NCBI GenBank assembly: GCA_965140705.1
Contig: OZ223300.1
Coordinates: 1,376,001-1,440,000 of the forward strand
Origin: an uncultured Arcobacter sp.
GTDB lineage: Bacteria > Campylobacterota > Campylobacteria > Campylobacterales > Arcobacteraceae
DNA: 64,000 bases
Direction of reading: 5' to 3'
This document shows positions 11,216-21,501 of the stretch, piece by piece. Under the pieces are notes generated by a model. The model saw only the letters and a list, made by a program, of their open reading frames with translations, was not told where the DNA came from and searched no databases. How positions within the stretch are numbered: the first letter of the stretch is position 1; the number at the start of each line of letters is the position of its first letter. The position numbers and the translations under genes are program-made.

Positions 11216-11856
11216 TATCTTATTATCAAATTAGCAAATTTACATTTATAAGTTTTCTTTTGTCTGTTTTCATCAAAACAAAGGTCTACATAGGGGAAAT
11301 CACTAATTTCAAAATTAGCACTATCTTTTAAAAGCTCTTCAACTTGGGCATCTTTATCTTTTACTCCAAAAGTTATATTTGAAAGCTCTTTTATATTATT
11401 ATCATGTATTAGAGGCTCATTTTGGTTATTTGCTTTACTTAAACCTTCCCATCTAAAAGTCCATGGTAGAGTAGGTTTATCTTCAAATGATAAAACATCT
11501 ATTGACATATTATTTGGTAAATATTCTGGTTTGTATTTATACGCATTTTCAAACAATTTATTAAATTTATTTTTATCATATAAACATATTCCAAAAGGTG
11601 AGGCTTGATTTCTTTCATAATAGGCTCGTCTATTAAGTCCACTTTTGATGCATATCTCATTTTTGATTTCTTCTTCATTAGATATATATAACAATTCTAT
11701 AAAAAAGTTTTCAAAATAGATTTTTCTATTACTTGTACCTTGTCCTTTATGTATACGATTGCTTCCTTCTTTAAACCCAAAATCTAAAAGTTCTTTTGTT
11801 AAATTATCTATATTATTAGTAAAAATAAATAAATGATGTATTTCTATGTTTTTCAT
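11212..11856 (-). CDS. VOC/glyoxalase-like family protein
   Basis: IHHLFI..G..EG..R.H.GQGT.NR..YF.N.FIELL. Confidence 0.75.
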   Translation of the reverse strand: MKNIEIHHLFIFTNNIDNLTKELLDFGFKEGSNRIHKGQGTSNRKIYFENFFIELLYISNEEEIKNEICIKSGLNRRAYYERNQASPFGICLYDKNKFNKLFENAYKYKPEYLPNNMSIDVLSFEDKPTLPWTFRWEGLSKANNQNEPLIHDNNIKELSNITFGVKDKDAQVEELLKDSANFEISDFPYVDLCFDENRQKKTYKCKFANLIIRY

Positions 11857-11861
11857 TTATT

Positions 11862-12443
11862 TCATCCTAATTTTTGAATATTAATTTTTCTTTTTTTATA
11901 TTTTACAAATAAAGTAATGCCAATAATAATTATAATCACTAAGGGAATAGCCAAATACCAATGTTCTTTTGCAATAGCAATTAAGGCTAAAATCTTATCT
12001 CCAAAGTACCAAACTGGTACTATAATTATGCTACTCCAAAAAAGAGCTGAGATAAAGTTTATTATTGCAAAGGTTTTTGGTGAATAGTTCATCAATCCCA
12101 CACACAAAGGAATAATAGTTCTAAATCCATAAAGATACCTTTGTATAAATACTATAAACCAACCATATTTTCTTAATAAAAATTTCACATAAGCTATTTT
12201 AGATTTTTGTTTTGAGAGTTTTCTTATGACATATTTCTTTTTAAATCTACCAAGATAGAAATAAATTTGGTCACCCACAAAGGCACCAACGCCTGCAGTT
12301 ATTATGGCCCAACCTAGGACCATATCACCTGTATGTACAAAAAGACCAGCCATTATAAGGCCAGTTTCTCCTTCTATTATACTCCAGAAAAAAAGGATAA
12401 TATATCCATACTCTTTCATTAAATCAATTAAATTAAAATCCAT
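11862..12443 (-). CDS. DedA family membrane protein
   Basis: EGE..LI.AG, GDQ.YFYLGR, RYLYGFR. Confidence 0.9.
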   Translation of the reverse strand: MDFNLIDLMKEYGYIILFFWSIIEGETGLIMAGLFVHTGDMVLGWAIITAGVGAFVGDQIYFYLGRFKKKYVIRKLSKQKSKIAYVKFLLRKYGWFIVFIQRYLYGFRTIIPLCVGLMNYSPKTFAIINFISALFWSSIIIVPVWYFGDKILALIAIAKEHWYLAIPLVIIIIIGITLFVKYKKRKINIQKLG

Positions 12444-12546
12444 AATACCTATACTTTATATTTGTTTTGCGCAATGATACTCTAAAAAGGCTGATAAGAA
12501 TAAATAGAATTACCATTTCATAAATCTTATTATTATAAAATAAAAT

Positions 12547-13482
12547 ATGATTTATAAAATATTACTACTAGTTATATTATTTGATTTTTCTTTTGCCAAA
12601 TATGAAAAAGTAAAAATCGGTAAAATTGATGATTATTATAAAAATAAAGTATCTTACGTTCAATTAGAAAATATAATAAAAGATATAGAAAAAAACTTTG
12701 AAACTACCTTAAAAATGAATATTTTTGATTATTCCAAAGATGGCAAACCAATTGATCTTATACATATCACACCTTCAACTATGGAAAAAAGAATAACAAG
12801 ACTTCAAGATAAGATAGTTAAGAAAAATGAAAAAGTAAAAAATAGGAAAAGCTCATTTAAAGATTTGGAAGAGGAACTAAAAGCTCTAAAAATAAAATAT
12901 GATGCCTTAAATAAAGTTTACGCCAAAGAAAGTAATGAGTTAAATAAGTACATAAAAGCAAAAAATGAAAAGAAAAAACTACCTCCAAAAGAGTATGAAG
13001 AGGCAAAAAAATTTGTAAAAGAGAAAAAAATAGTTTTAGATAATAAATTAAAACAGCTAAATAAACTTTATAAAGAGTTTAATCGTAAAGTTTTAAGTTA
13101 TAACAATAAAGTACAGTTTTATAATAATGACATAAGAGAGATATATAGTTTGAATAAAGAACTAGAATCTTTACGTAGAGCTTTTAAAAAAATAAAAGGC
13201 AAAACTTTTGGACAAAAGAAAATTACACTAAAAACTTATTATAAAGATGGTAAAAAAATAAGTGAAAGAAAGATAAATGAAAGTATGAATAAAATAGAGA
13301 TTTATGCTTTTGATAGTCTAGCTGAATTAAAAGTAATATTAGCACATGAAATAGCTCATTTAGTTGGAATTCCTCATATAAATGTAAAAAATGCCCTTAT
13401 GAATCCTATCCTACAAAAAAATCAAATCAAGCACTTAGAGTTAACAAAAGCAGACATTATAAATTTCAAAAAAAACTTTTAA
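12547..13482 (+). CDS. Secreted matrixin/metzincin-like metalloprotease with long coiled-coil insert
   Basis: Signal peptide; HEIAHLVGIPH zinc motif and ALMNP Met-turn. Confidence 0.8.
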   Translation: MIYKILLLVILFDFSFAKYEKVKIGKIDDYYKNKVSYVQLENIIKDIEKNFETTLKMNIFDYSKDGKPIDLIHITPSTMEKRITRLQDKIVKKNEKVKNRKSSFKDLEEELKALKIKYDALNKVYAKESNELNKYIKAKNEKKKLPPKEYEEAKKFVKEKKIVLDNKLKQLNKLYKEFNRKVLSYNNKVQFYNNDIREIYSLNKELESLRRAFKKIKGKTFGQKKITLKTYYKDGKKISERKINESMNKIEIYAFDSLAELKVILAHEIAHLVGIPHINVKNALMNPILQKNQIKHLELTKADIINFKKNF

Positions 13483-13694
13483 TTTATCTTTATTTCTTGC
13501 ATATTAATTTTGGATTAAAAAGCTGTAAAAAATGATATGATATCTAGTTATTTCCTTTATTTAATAATAAGTGAAGGAGTATCGGTTTTATGGCATTACA
13601 GGTGTTGCAACAAGTATTTTAATATTTTGTTGTTTCAATAGTTTTAGAATACTTAATTATAAAATTTTTAAGTATTTATACAAAAAGGACAAAA

Positions 13695-14072
13695 GTGAAA
13701 AAGTTATTATTGTTAATACCTTTTATTTTTTTTATCTTACAAGGTTGTGGTGATAAAAAAGTTGAAGATAAAATTAGCAGTGTAAAAGAGACTATCCAAG
13801 ATAAAACTGAAGATGTTTCTGACAAAGCAGAGGATGTTGCAAATAAAGCAGAAGATTCTGTTAATAAAAGTGAAGATGCTATAGAAAATGGTGTTGATAA
13901 AACAAAAGATGCTATGGATGAAATGAAAAATGATGTTACAGAAAAAACAGAAGATATCATTAATAAAAGCGAAGATACAATAAATGAAGCTAGTGATAAA
14001 GTAGAAGATACTATTGATAAAGCAAAAGATAGTGTTGAAGAAAAAATGAATGACGAAGAGAAAAGTAAATAA
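13695..14072 (+). CDS. Acidic repeat lipoprotein (LEA/general-stress-like)
   Basis: Lipobox LQGC; AEDV.DK-type repeats; AAGGA RBS with GTG start. Confidence 0.75.
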   Translation: MKKLLLLIPFIFFILQGCGDKKVEDKISSVKETIQDKTEDVSDKAEDVANKAEDSVNKSEDAIENGVDKTKDAMDEMKNDVTEKTEDIINKSEDTINEASDKVEDTIDKAKDSVEEKMNDEEKSK

Positions 14073-14437
14073 TATACTTTTACAAAAAAATATAAAATAA
14101 AATCTACAGAATCTAAGTTCTAAAATAGATTAGAACAACCACCTTTAAGAGTAAGAATAGTAATTATTTTTACTCTTTATTTATAAAGCACTATTACAAT
14201 AAAAGAATTATGATTATTATTATATTTATCTACAAGGACGGCTAGTCCTTTCATAGAGATACTATTTAATAATAATAAATGACCAAAAATAACTTTTATT
14301 AAGAATTAAATAAGCTTAATATGTTACCTTTAATTGTCGCAAAAGAGTATTTAAATTATTTTTTCACATAAAATATAACTTATTTTGTAACAATAAAAGG
14401 GTAATTTACCTTTGATAATTAATTAAAAGGAGAATAA

Positions 14438-14785
14438 ATGAGAAAATTATTACTATTAATACCTTTCATGCTTTTTATATTGCAAGGTTGTACAGATGAT
14501 AAGGTTGATGATAAAATTAGTACAGTGAAAGAGTCTGTTCAAGACACAACTGAAGATGTTGCAGACAAAGCAGAGGATGTTGCAGATAAAGCGGAAGATG
14601 TAGTTGATAAGAGTGAAGATTCAATACAAGATGCTAGTGATAAAACAAAAGAAGCATTTGAAAATGCTAAAGAAGATACAAAAGATGCATTAGAAACTGT
14701 TGGTGATAAAACAGAAGAAGTAGTTGATAAAGCTAAAGAAAAAGTTGAAGAGGGATACGACAAAGCAAAAGAGAGTCTTAAATAA
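14438..14785 (+). CDS. Paralogous acidic repeat lipoprotein
   Basis: LLLLIPF..FILQGC; KAEDVADKAEDV repeats; near copy of the 13695 N-terminus. Confidence 0.78.
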   Translation: MRKLLLLIPFMLFILQGCTDDKVDDKISTVKESVQDTTEDVADKAEDVADKAEDVVDKSEDSIQDASDKTKEAFENAKEDTKDALETVGDKTEEVVDKAKEKVEEGYDKAKESLK

Positions 14786-14804
14786 AACTTTAAAAGGATA
14801 TTAA

Positions 14805-15086
14805 ATGGAAAAAAATGCTTATGAACAAAAAGCACAAGCAAAAATAGATGAATTAAGTGCAAAGATAGATGTACTAAATGCAAAAAAAGATGCAGCTAAG
14901 GCTGATACAAAAATTGAATATGAAAAAAAAATTAAAGAACTAGATAGTTTAAAAAATGAAGTAAAAGAAAAACTTACTAGTATTAAAAATTCAAGTGATG
15001 ATGCTTGGGAAGAGTTGAAAAGTGGTTTTGAAAAATCATCAAAAATTATGGAAGATACTATAAACTCTGCATTATCAAAGTTTTAA
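14805..15086 (+). CDS. Small coiled-coil protein (sll1863-like stress family)
   Basis: AY..K..A.IDE..AKID.L.AK, DAWEELKSG.E pattern. Confidence 0.7.
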   Translation: MEKNAYEQKAQAKIDELSAKIDVLNAKKDAAKADTKIEYEKKIKELDSLKNEVKEKLTSIKNSSDDAWEELKSGFEKSSKIMEDTINSALSKF

Positions 15087-15117
15087 TATTAAAAAGAAGT
15101 GAAAATATTAATTATTT

Positions 15118-15414
15118 TCACTTCTCTTCAAATTGGTTTTGAGAAAAATCATAGTTTTTTACATGATTATCAATATGCTCACCTAAAGCCAATTTATATT
15201 CATTTACAAAATACTCTATTATTTCTTCTTTTTCATTAGCCATATCTTCGGCACTTTCAAATGAAGTTGCTGCTACCCATGCATTGAATCTTGCAGCTCC
15301 ATACATAAATGAAGCACTTACTTCACCTTGAGTTGTTTCTTCATTTAATTGTTCATTTGCAACTGTAATATGCTCATCTGCTCTTTTTAAAAATCCCATA
15401 TTTTTTTCTGCCAT
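15118..15414 (-). CDS. DUF3144-like protein
   Basis: RAD.HI..ANEQ, VSASFMYGAARFNAW. Confidence 0.75.
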   Translation of the reverse strand: MAEKNMGFLKRADEHITVANEQLNEETTQGEVSASFMYGAARFNAWVAATSFESAEDMANEKEEIIEYFVNEYKLALGEHIDNHVKNYDFSQNQFEEK

Positions 15415-15439
15415 TATTATTTCCTCTTTTTTTCTTTTA

Positions 15440-16639
15440 TTATATCTTTTTTAGTTTTTTATAACCATCTTTAATAAGTTTTAACAAAGGTTTTCTATAA
15501 GAATCAAAAACATATTTTTTGATTTCATAGGCTATTCTTCCTTTTACATGGATAAGTCCATAAATACTTCCTGCTGCATATTTCCCACCCAAAGCTATTA
15601 ATATACCTTCTAGTTTTGGATTTGCCTTTTGAAGTTTCTTTTTATTGATTATGTTTAAGATATTATTTCCAGCATTTATTCCACTTATTCTTGCAATTGT
15701 AACATTTGGAGGCATTATTTCATCTTTTTTGTTTTTGATTTGTGCTGCATCCCCAATAGCAAAGATATTTTCATATTTGCTTGTTTGCATATACTCATTT
15801 ACGATTATTTGACCTTTTTGATTTTTATCAACATCTAATTCTTTTGTTATTTTAGCAGCTTCAACCCCACCTGTAAAAATTAAAAATGAATGGTCTATTT
15901 TCGTCCCATTTGTAAAGTATGCAAGATTATCTTCACATCTTTGTAATTTTGTATTTGTAATAACATTGATTCCTAGTGATTTAAGTCTTTCATGGGAAAA
16001 GGCAATTAACTTAGGATCTAAACCTGGCAAAATAGTATCTGCACTACTTATTAGTGATATTTTTAAATTGTCACAAGTGAAGTTTCCTCTTTTGAAAAAC
16101 ATTTTAGAATTATATGCCATTTCAGCAGCTATTTCTACTCCTGATAATCCAGCACCTACAACTACAATATGTGTATCATCACATTTTTTTGCTTCATCTT
16201 GTATCTTTTTGAAAAGTTGATTTTCAAAACTTTGTTTGAAGTATACTGCCCAATTTAGTTTTTTGATATCGTGAGCATTGTTAAGACCTGGAATAACATG
16301 TGGAAAATATGTTCTTGTTCCTGCGGCCATAATTAGATAATCAAACTCTACACTCTCTTTTTCTTCTGTATATATTTTTTTCTTATTTGGGTCTATTTTT
16401 ATTACTTTTAAATTTTTGTATTCTAAATAACTATGTTTTAATCCCATGCATAAAGTAGTCAAATCAATTGTTACATCAGCAATATTTGACTTATTTGCAA
16501 TCAAATCATAAACCTCTGGTTGTAAATTATGAAAGGTGTGTGTATCTATAAGAGTTATTTTAATATTTTTGTTTTTTACTAATTCTCTTAAAGCATAAAT
16601 TCCTGCATATCCGCCACCAATGATTACAACTTTTTCCAT
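15440..16639 (-). CDS. Type II NADH dehydrogenase family FAD oxidoreductase
   Basis: GGGYAG, VVGAGLSGVEIAAE, FAIGD. Confidence 0.88.
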   Translation of the reverse strand: MEKVVIIGGGYAGIYALRELVKNKNIKITLIDTHTFHNLQPEVYDLIANKSNIADVTIDLTTLCMGLKHSYLEYKNLKVIKIDPNKKKIYTEEKESVEFDYLIMAAGTRTYFPHVIPGLNNAHDIKKLNWAVYFKQSFENQLFKKIQDEAKKCDDTHIVVVGAGLSGVEIAAEMAYNSKMFFKRGNFTCDNLKISLISSADTILPGLDPKLIAFSHERLKSLGINVITNTKLQRCEDNLAYFTNGTKIDHSFLIFTGGVEAAKITKELDVDKNQKGQIIVNEYMQTSKYENIFAIGDAAQIKNKKDEIMPPNVTIARISGINAGNNILNIINKKKLQKANPKLEGILIALGGKYAAGSIYGLIHVKGRIAYEIKKYVFDSYRKPLLKLIKDGYKKLKKI

Positions 16640-16876
16640 ACTTAAATCCCTTTTTATATTTTGTATAAATTAGTTCGTATTGTATAAAAAGAAAATTGCC
16701 TTTTGGCTTAAAAAATCTTTAAATTTTATTATTTATGAGTACATAATACACATAAATCACATATTTTATATTTTAGTTATATAATTAATATTTATTTAAG
16801 AAAATATAAATTTATTTTAATAATAATTTCTTTTTAGCTATAATCCCAAAAAATTAAAATTGTAGGATTTAGAAAA

Positions 16877-17629
16877 ATGAAAATAGCTATTTTGTCAGAT
16901 ATTCATTCAAATGTTTTTGCTTTGGAAGCTGTTATTGCTGATGCAAAGAGTAAAAATGTAGATATGATGATAAATGCAGGTGACTCTTTTTATGGTCCAA
17001 TAGAACCAAGAGCTACTTATGAACTATTGAAGGAAAACAACTTTGTAAATATCTGTGGAAATCAAGATAGAGAGATTTTAGAAGCTTCTTTAGAGCAACT
17101 TGAAAATAATCCTACTTTAAAATATGTATATGAAGACTTGGGTGAAGAGGTTTTATATTGGATACAAGATTTGCCTTTTGAAAAGTTTTTAGGGAAAGAT
17201 TTGTATGTAATCCATGGTACACAACATGATGATAGTGTTTATTTACTTGAAGATGTAAGTAGTGGGAGAGCACAATTAAGGGATGAAAAGAAGATAATTG
17301 AACTTCTTGATGATGTAGAATCTAAGTTTGTAATTTGTGGACATTCTCATACTCCTAGATGTGTAAATTTAAGTACAGGACAAGTGATGATAAATCCAGG
17401 TTCAGTAGGCTTACAAGCTTATAAAGATAAATTACCAAATGAATATATCATAGAAAATAGTTATCCTGATGCTACATATATAATACTTGAGGTAAATTCA
17501 AGTGAATACAATATAGAGTTAGTAAAAGTTGCTTATGATTATGAAAAAGCAGCTTTAAAAGCAGAGTCTAATGGAAGAGAAGATTGGGCTTATACCATTA
17601 GAACTGGAAAGATATCTCCAAATTCATGA
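16877..17629 (+). CDS. Metallophosphoesterase
   Basis: SDIHSN, AGD, GNQD, HG, CGHSH, NPGSVG. Confidence 0.9.
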   Translation: MKIAILSDIHSNVFALEAVIADAKSKNVDMMINAGDSFYGPIEPRATYELLKENNFVNICGNQDREILEASLEQLENNPTLKYVYEDLGEEVLYWIQDLPFEKFLGKDLYVIHGTQHDDSVYLLEDVSSGRAQLRDEKKIIELLDDVESKFVICGHSHTPRCVNLSTGQVMINPGSVGLQAYKDKLPNEYIIENSYPDATYIILEVNSSEYNIELVKVAYDYEKAALKAESNGREDWAYTIRTGKISPNS

Positions 17630-17979
17630 AAAAAGATGTAAATCTATATTTTGACAAAGAATGCCCTTTTTGTAACTATTATGCAAATTATAATTTAATA
17701 AGAACTAATCACAATCTTAAACTTTATAATGCAAGGGAATATCCTCAAAAAATAGAATTTTTAAAGAAAAAAGGCTTTGATGTAAATGATGGAATTATCA
17801 TAGAAATTGATGGAAAGATATTTCAAGGTTCAGATGCTATAAAACAATTAAACAAACTATCTAATAAGGAAGTAAAGGTATTGAATACAAAATTCTTTTC
17901 TTTTCTTTTATATCCACTTATAAAATCATTTAGAAAAGTAGTTCTTTTTATATTAAATAAAAATTCTCATATTAAATAA
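17626..17979 (+). CDS. DCC1-like thiol-disulfide oxidoreductase (DUF393)
   Basis: YFDKECPFC (DxxCxxC), G.DA. Confidence 0.8.
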   Translation: MKKDVNLYFDKECPFCNYYANYNLIRTNHNLKLYNAREYPQKIEFLKKKGFDVNDGIIIEIDGKIFQGSDAIKQLNKLSNKEVKVLNTKFFSFLLYPLIKSFRKVVLFILNKNSHIK

Positions 17980-18040
17980 AACAAACAATTGACTTTAGAT
18001 ATAATATCTATTTAAATAGATAAAAATAAGGAATCAAATA

Positions 18041-18598
18041 ATGAGAATTGCAGTTTTTTGTGGATCAAGTGCTGGTAATAATATAGAATATATAAACGCT
18101 ACAAAACGATTAGGTAAATATTTTGCCCAAAATAATATAGAATTAGTATATGGCGGTGGAAATGTTGGACTTATGGGTGCAATCGCAGATTCAGTTATGG
18201 AAAATGGCGGAAAAGTTTATGGGGTAATTCCTGAAAAACTAAAAGAAAAAGAGTTAGCTCACACAGGTATAACTGACTTAAAAGTAGTTTCAAATATGCA
18301 TGAAAGAAAAGCCGCAATGGCAGAGTTAGCTGATGCCTTTGTAGTACTTCCAGGAGGTGCTGGAACTTTAGAAGAGACTTTTGAGGTTTGGACTTGGGCT
18401 TTGCTTGGTTTTCATAATAAGCCTTGTGCTTTTTTTAATATAAATGGATTTTATAATAAATTATTTGAGATGATAGATAATATGTGTGAAGCAGAATTTT
18501 TAAGAAAAGAGTACTCAGATATGCTTATTAAAACAGATAATCAAGAAGAGCTACTAAAAGCTATAAAAGAGTACATTCCACCAAAACAAAAGTGGTAA
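18041..18598 (+). CDS. LOG family nucleotide phosphoribohydrolase
   Basis: VYGGG..GLMG, MHERK, PGG.GTLEE. Confidence 0.92.
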   Translation: MRIAVFCGSSAGNNIEYINATKRLGKYFAQNNIELVYGGGNVGLMGAIADSVMENGGKVYGVIPEKLKEKELAHTGITDLKVVSNMHERKAAMAELADAFVVLPGGAGTLEETFEVWTWALLGFHNKPCAFFNINGFYNKLFEMIDNMCEAEFLRKEYSDMLIKTDNQEELLKAIKEYIPPKQKW

Positions 18599-18616
18599 AT
18601 AAAATTTGGAAAAGAT

Positions 18617-19621
18617 ATGATAGAATTTATAAAAAAGATACCAAAAGCAGAATTACACTTACATATTGAAGGCTCACTGGAGCCTGAACTTATGTTTGAA
18701 CTTGCAAAAAGAAATAATATAAAGATACCTTACGATTCAATTGAAGAAATAAAGGCAGCATACGATTTCACAAACTTACAATCCTTTTTGGATATTTATT
18801 ACTCAGGAGCAAATGTACTTGTTCAAAAAAAAGATTTTTATGATTTGACTTGGGCTTATATTTTAAAGTGTGTACAAAACAATATAATCCATACAGAAAT
18901 ATTTTTTGACCCACAAACACACACTCAAAGAGGTCTGTCTTTTGATACGATTATTTTAGGGATAAGTGAAGCTTTAGAAGATGCCAAAGAGAAGTTTGGA
19001 ATTAGCTCAAATATTATTATGTGTTTTTTAAGACACTTAAGTCAAGAAGAGGCTTTAAAAACTTTTGAAGAGTCGTTACCTTTCAAAGATAAGATTATAG
19101 GTGTTGGACTTGATTCCTCAGAACTTGGACATCCTCCTTCAAAATTTAAAGAGGTATTTAAAAAAGCAAAAGAGGCAGAATTTAGACTTGTGGCTCATGC
19201 AGGAGAAGAGGCTGATTATTCTTATATTTATGAAGCTTTAGACTTATTGGATATCCAAAGAATAGATCATGGAGTGCAAGCAGTTCATTCAAAAGAGTTA
19301 ATGGAAAGATTAAAAAAAGAGCAAACACCTTTGACTGTTTGTCCAAACTCAAATATTGAGTTGAAAGTTTTTGAAAACTACAAACAACACAATGTAAAGC
19401 AACTTTTAGATTATGGACTAAATGTCACAATAAACTCTGATGATCCAGCATATTTCAAAGGTTATTTAAATGATAACTTTATAAATTTATATGAAAATAT
19501 AGACTTAACAAAAGAAGATATTATAAAACTTGCTAGAAACTCTTTTAACTCTTCTTTTATTTCAGATGAGTTAAAAAAAGAATATCTAACAAAACTTGAT
19601 AATTTTGTAGAAAATAAATAG
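18617..19621 (+). CDS. Adenosine/adenine deaminase
   Basis: PKAELHLHIEG, AHAGE, RIDHG, NSDDPAYF. Confidence 0.92.
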   Translation: MIEFIKKIPKAELHLHIEGSLEPELMFELAKRNNIKIPYDSIEEIKAAYDFTNLQSFLDIYYSGANVLVQKKDFYDLTWAYILKCVQNNIIHTEIFFDPQTHTQRGLSFDTIILGISEALEDAKEKFGISSNIIMCFLRHLSQEEALKTFEESLPFKDKIIGVGLDSSELGHPPSKFKEVFKKAKEAEFRLVAHAGEEADYSYIYEALDLLDIQRIDHGVQAVHSKELMERLKKEQTPLTVCPNSNIELKVFENYKQHNVKQLLDYGLNVTINSDDPAYFKGYLNDNFINLYENIDLTKEDIIKLARNSFNSSFISDELKKEYLTKLDNFVENK

Positions 19622-19629
19622 GATAAATT

Positions 19630-20562
19630 ATGAACAAAATCAAAGAGATATTAAAAAATCAAAAAATATTAATTATAGATGGGGCAACAGGAACAGAGTT
19701 AGAAAGAAAAGGTTATGATATCAATGATTCACTTTGGTCAGCTAAGTTTCTTATGGAAAATCCAAAAGCTATTTATGAAGTGCATAAAGACTATTTAGAA
19801 GCTGGAAGTGATTGTATTACAACTTTAAGTTATCAAGCTACATTTGAAGGCTTTAAAGAGCGAGGATTAAATGAAGTCCAAGCAAAAGAGCTTTTACAAT
19901 CTTCTATAAAATTGGCCATAGAAGCAAGAGATGAGTTTTGGTCAAGAAATGAATCAAAGAGTAGAATAAAACCTCTTGTAGCAGCTTCTGTTGGTCCTTA
20001 TGGAGCATACTTAGCAGATGGTTCAGAGTTTAGAGGTAATTATGGATTAAGTGAAGAGGAACTAATAAATTTTCATAGAAAAAGAATGCAAGCTTTGATT
20101 GAAGCAAAACCAGATTTACTTGCTTGTGAAACAGTTCCTTGTCTAATAGAAGCAAAAGCTTATGTAAAACTTCTCAAAGAGTTCCCCTCAACTCAAGCTT
20201 GGATTACCTTTAGTGCAAAAGATGGAGAGCATATAAATAGTGGTGAAACTATAAAAGAGTGTGCAAAATTTTTAGATGATAAAGAACAAGTTGTAGCTAT
20301 TGGTATAAATTGTACAGCACCACAATATATTGAATCTTTAATCTCACAGATTAAAGAAGTTTCAACAAAACCAATTATTGTTTATCCAAATGGGGGAGCT
20401 GCTTATGATGGAGAAACTAAAACTTGGAGTACACAAGCTAATACAAAAGATTATGGGAAAATGGCACATCTGTGGTATGAAAAGGGTGCAAGTGTGATTG
20501 GTGGATGTTGTCAAACTACACCAAATGATATAGAACAAATCTCATCTTGGGTTAGAAAATAA
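19630..20562 (+). CDS. mmuM: Homocysteine S-methyltransferase
   Basis: DGATGTELE, SVGPYGAYLADGSE, GINC, IGGCC. Confidence 0.92.
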   Translation: MNKIKEILKNQKILIIDGATGTELERKGYDINDSLWSAKFLMENPKAIYEVHKDYLEAGSDCITTLSYQATFEGFKERGLNEVQAKELLQSSIKLAIEARDEFWSRNESKSRIKPLVAASVGPYGAYLADGSEFRGNYGLSEEELINFHRKRMQALIEAKPDLLACETVPCLIEAKAYVKLLKEFPSTQAWITFSAKDGEHINSGETIKECAKFLDDKEQVVAIGINCTAPQYIESLISQIKEVSTKPIIVYPNGGAAYDGETKTWSTQANTKDYGKMAHLWYEKGASVIGGCCQTTPNDIEQISSWVRK

Positions 20563-20606
20563 AGAGTTATCAAGATATAATACAAAATCTCAAAATAGGT
20601 TAAACA

Positions 20607-20834
20607 ATGGCAAAAAGTTTAAACACAAATAGTGTAAAAAGTGTAAAATCAGAAAAAATAGCAGCAACTGCAAATCAAAATAAAAATCCAGTAAAAGTTG
20701 AATTTTCTCAAGATAGATATGAAAATGAACAAGTTGTAAATGCTAGAAAAGCAGCAAACCTAGCATTAGCAAAACAAAAAGCAAAGAAAAAAGCAAAAAT
20801 GGCAAAGGCTTCTAAGAAGAAAAACAAAAAATAG
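20607..20834 (+). CDS. Small Lys/Ala-rich hypothetical protein
   Basis: 75-aa ORF with RBS and very basic C-terminus. Confidence 0.6.
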   Translation: MAKSLNTNSVKSVKSEKIAATANQNKNPVKVEFSQDRYENEQVVNARKAANLALAKQKAKKKAKMAKASKKKNKK

Positions 20835-20856
20835 TTTCTAAATAAAAGGAAAAATT

Positions 20857-21489
20857 ATGAGTATTGATACTTTTTTAATATATTCAGTGATTGCATTTTT
20901 ATATGTATTAAGTCCTGGTCCTGCCGTGATGTTAGCTATTGTAAATGGCATAAGAACTGATATGAAAACAGTAGCAGTATCATCTTTTGCCAATATTCTT
21001 GGATTAGCTGTTTTATCTACTGCTTCAATTTTAGGTCTTGGAGTATTGATTTTAACTTCAGCTACACTTTTTTTAATAGTAAAAATTATAGGTGCTTTTT
21101 ATCTTATATATTTGGGTATAAAGTTTTTACGAAACAGAGGTATTTTAAATATAGATGAGATGGAAAAAAATGTTAAACAAAAAAGTAGAAAATCATACTT
21201 CTTTGAATCATTTTTTGTAGCAGTTACAAATCCAAAACCAATTATCTTTTTTACAGCAATATTCCCTCAGTTTTTAAATCTACATGAAGCTATTGCTCCT
21301 CAATTTTTTATTATGACGGGAGAGTTTTTATTCTTCTCATTTTTTGGACTTTGTACTTATGCTTTTTTATCTAAAAAATCAAAAGCACTATTAAGTAATG
21401 AAAAAAGAATGTATTGGTTCAATAAGTTTACAGGTGGTTTGTTTATATTTTTAGGATTAGGTTTATTAAGAATTAAAAATCATGCCTAA
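20857..21489 (+). CDS. LysE/RhtB family exporter
   Basis: SPGPA, GAFYLIYLG, TNPK.IIFF.A.FPQF. Confidence 0.92.
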   Translation: MSIDTFLIYSVIAFLYVLSPGPAVMLAIVNGIRTDMKTVAVSSFANILGLAVLSTASILGLGVLILTSATLFLIVKIIGAFYLIYLGIKFLRNRGILNIDEMEKNVKQKSRKSYFFESFFVAVTNPKPIIFFTAIFPQFLNLHEAIAPQFFIMTGEFLFFSFFGLCTYAFLSKKSKALLSNEKRMYWFNKFTGGLFIFLGLGLLRIKNHA

Positions 21490-21501
21490 AAGGCGAGGTT
21501 A

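Noticed and set aside
13676..14883. Antisense Ser-rich ORFs and possible CRISPR-like periodicity
   Set aside because: Shadows of the repeat lipoprotein genes; the repeats are coding and have no spacers. No CRISPR array was seen in the window.
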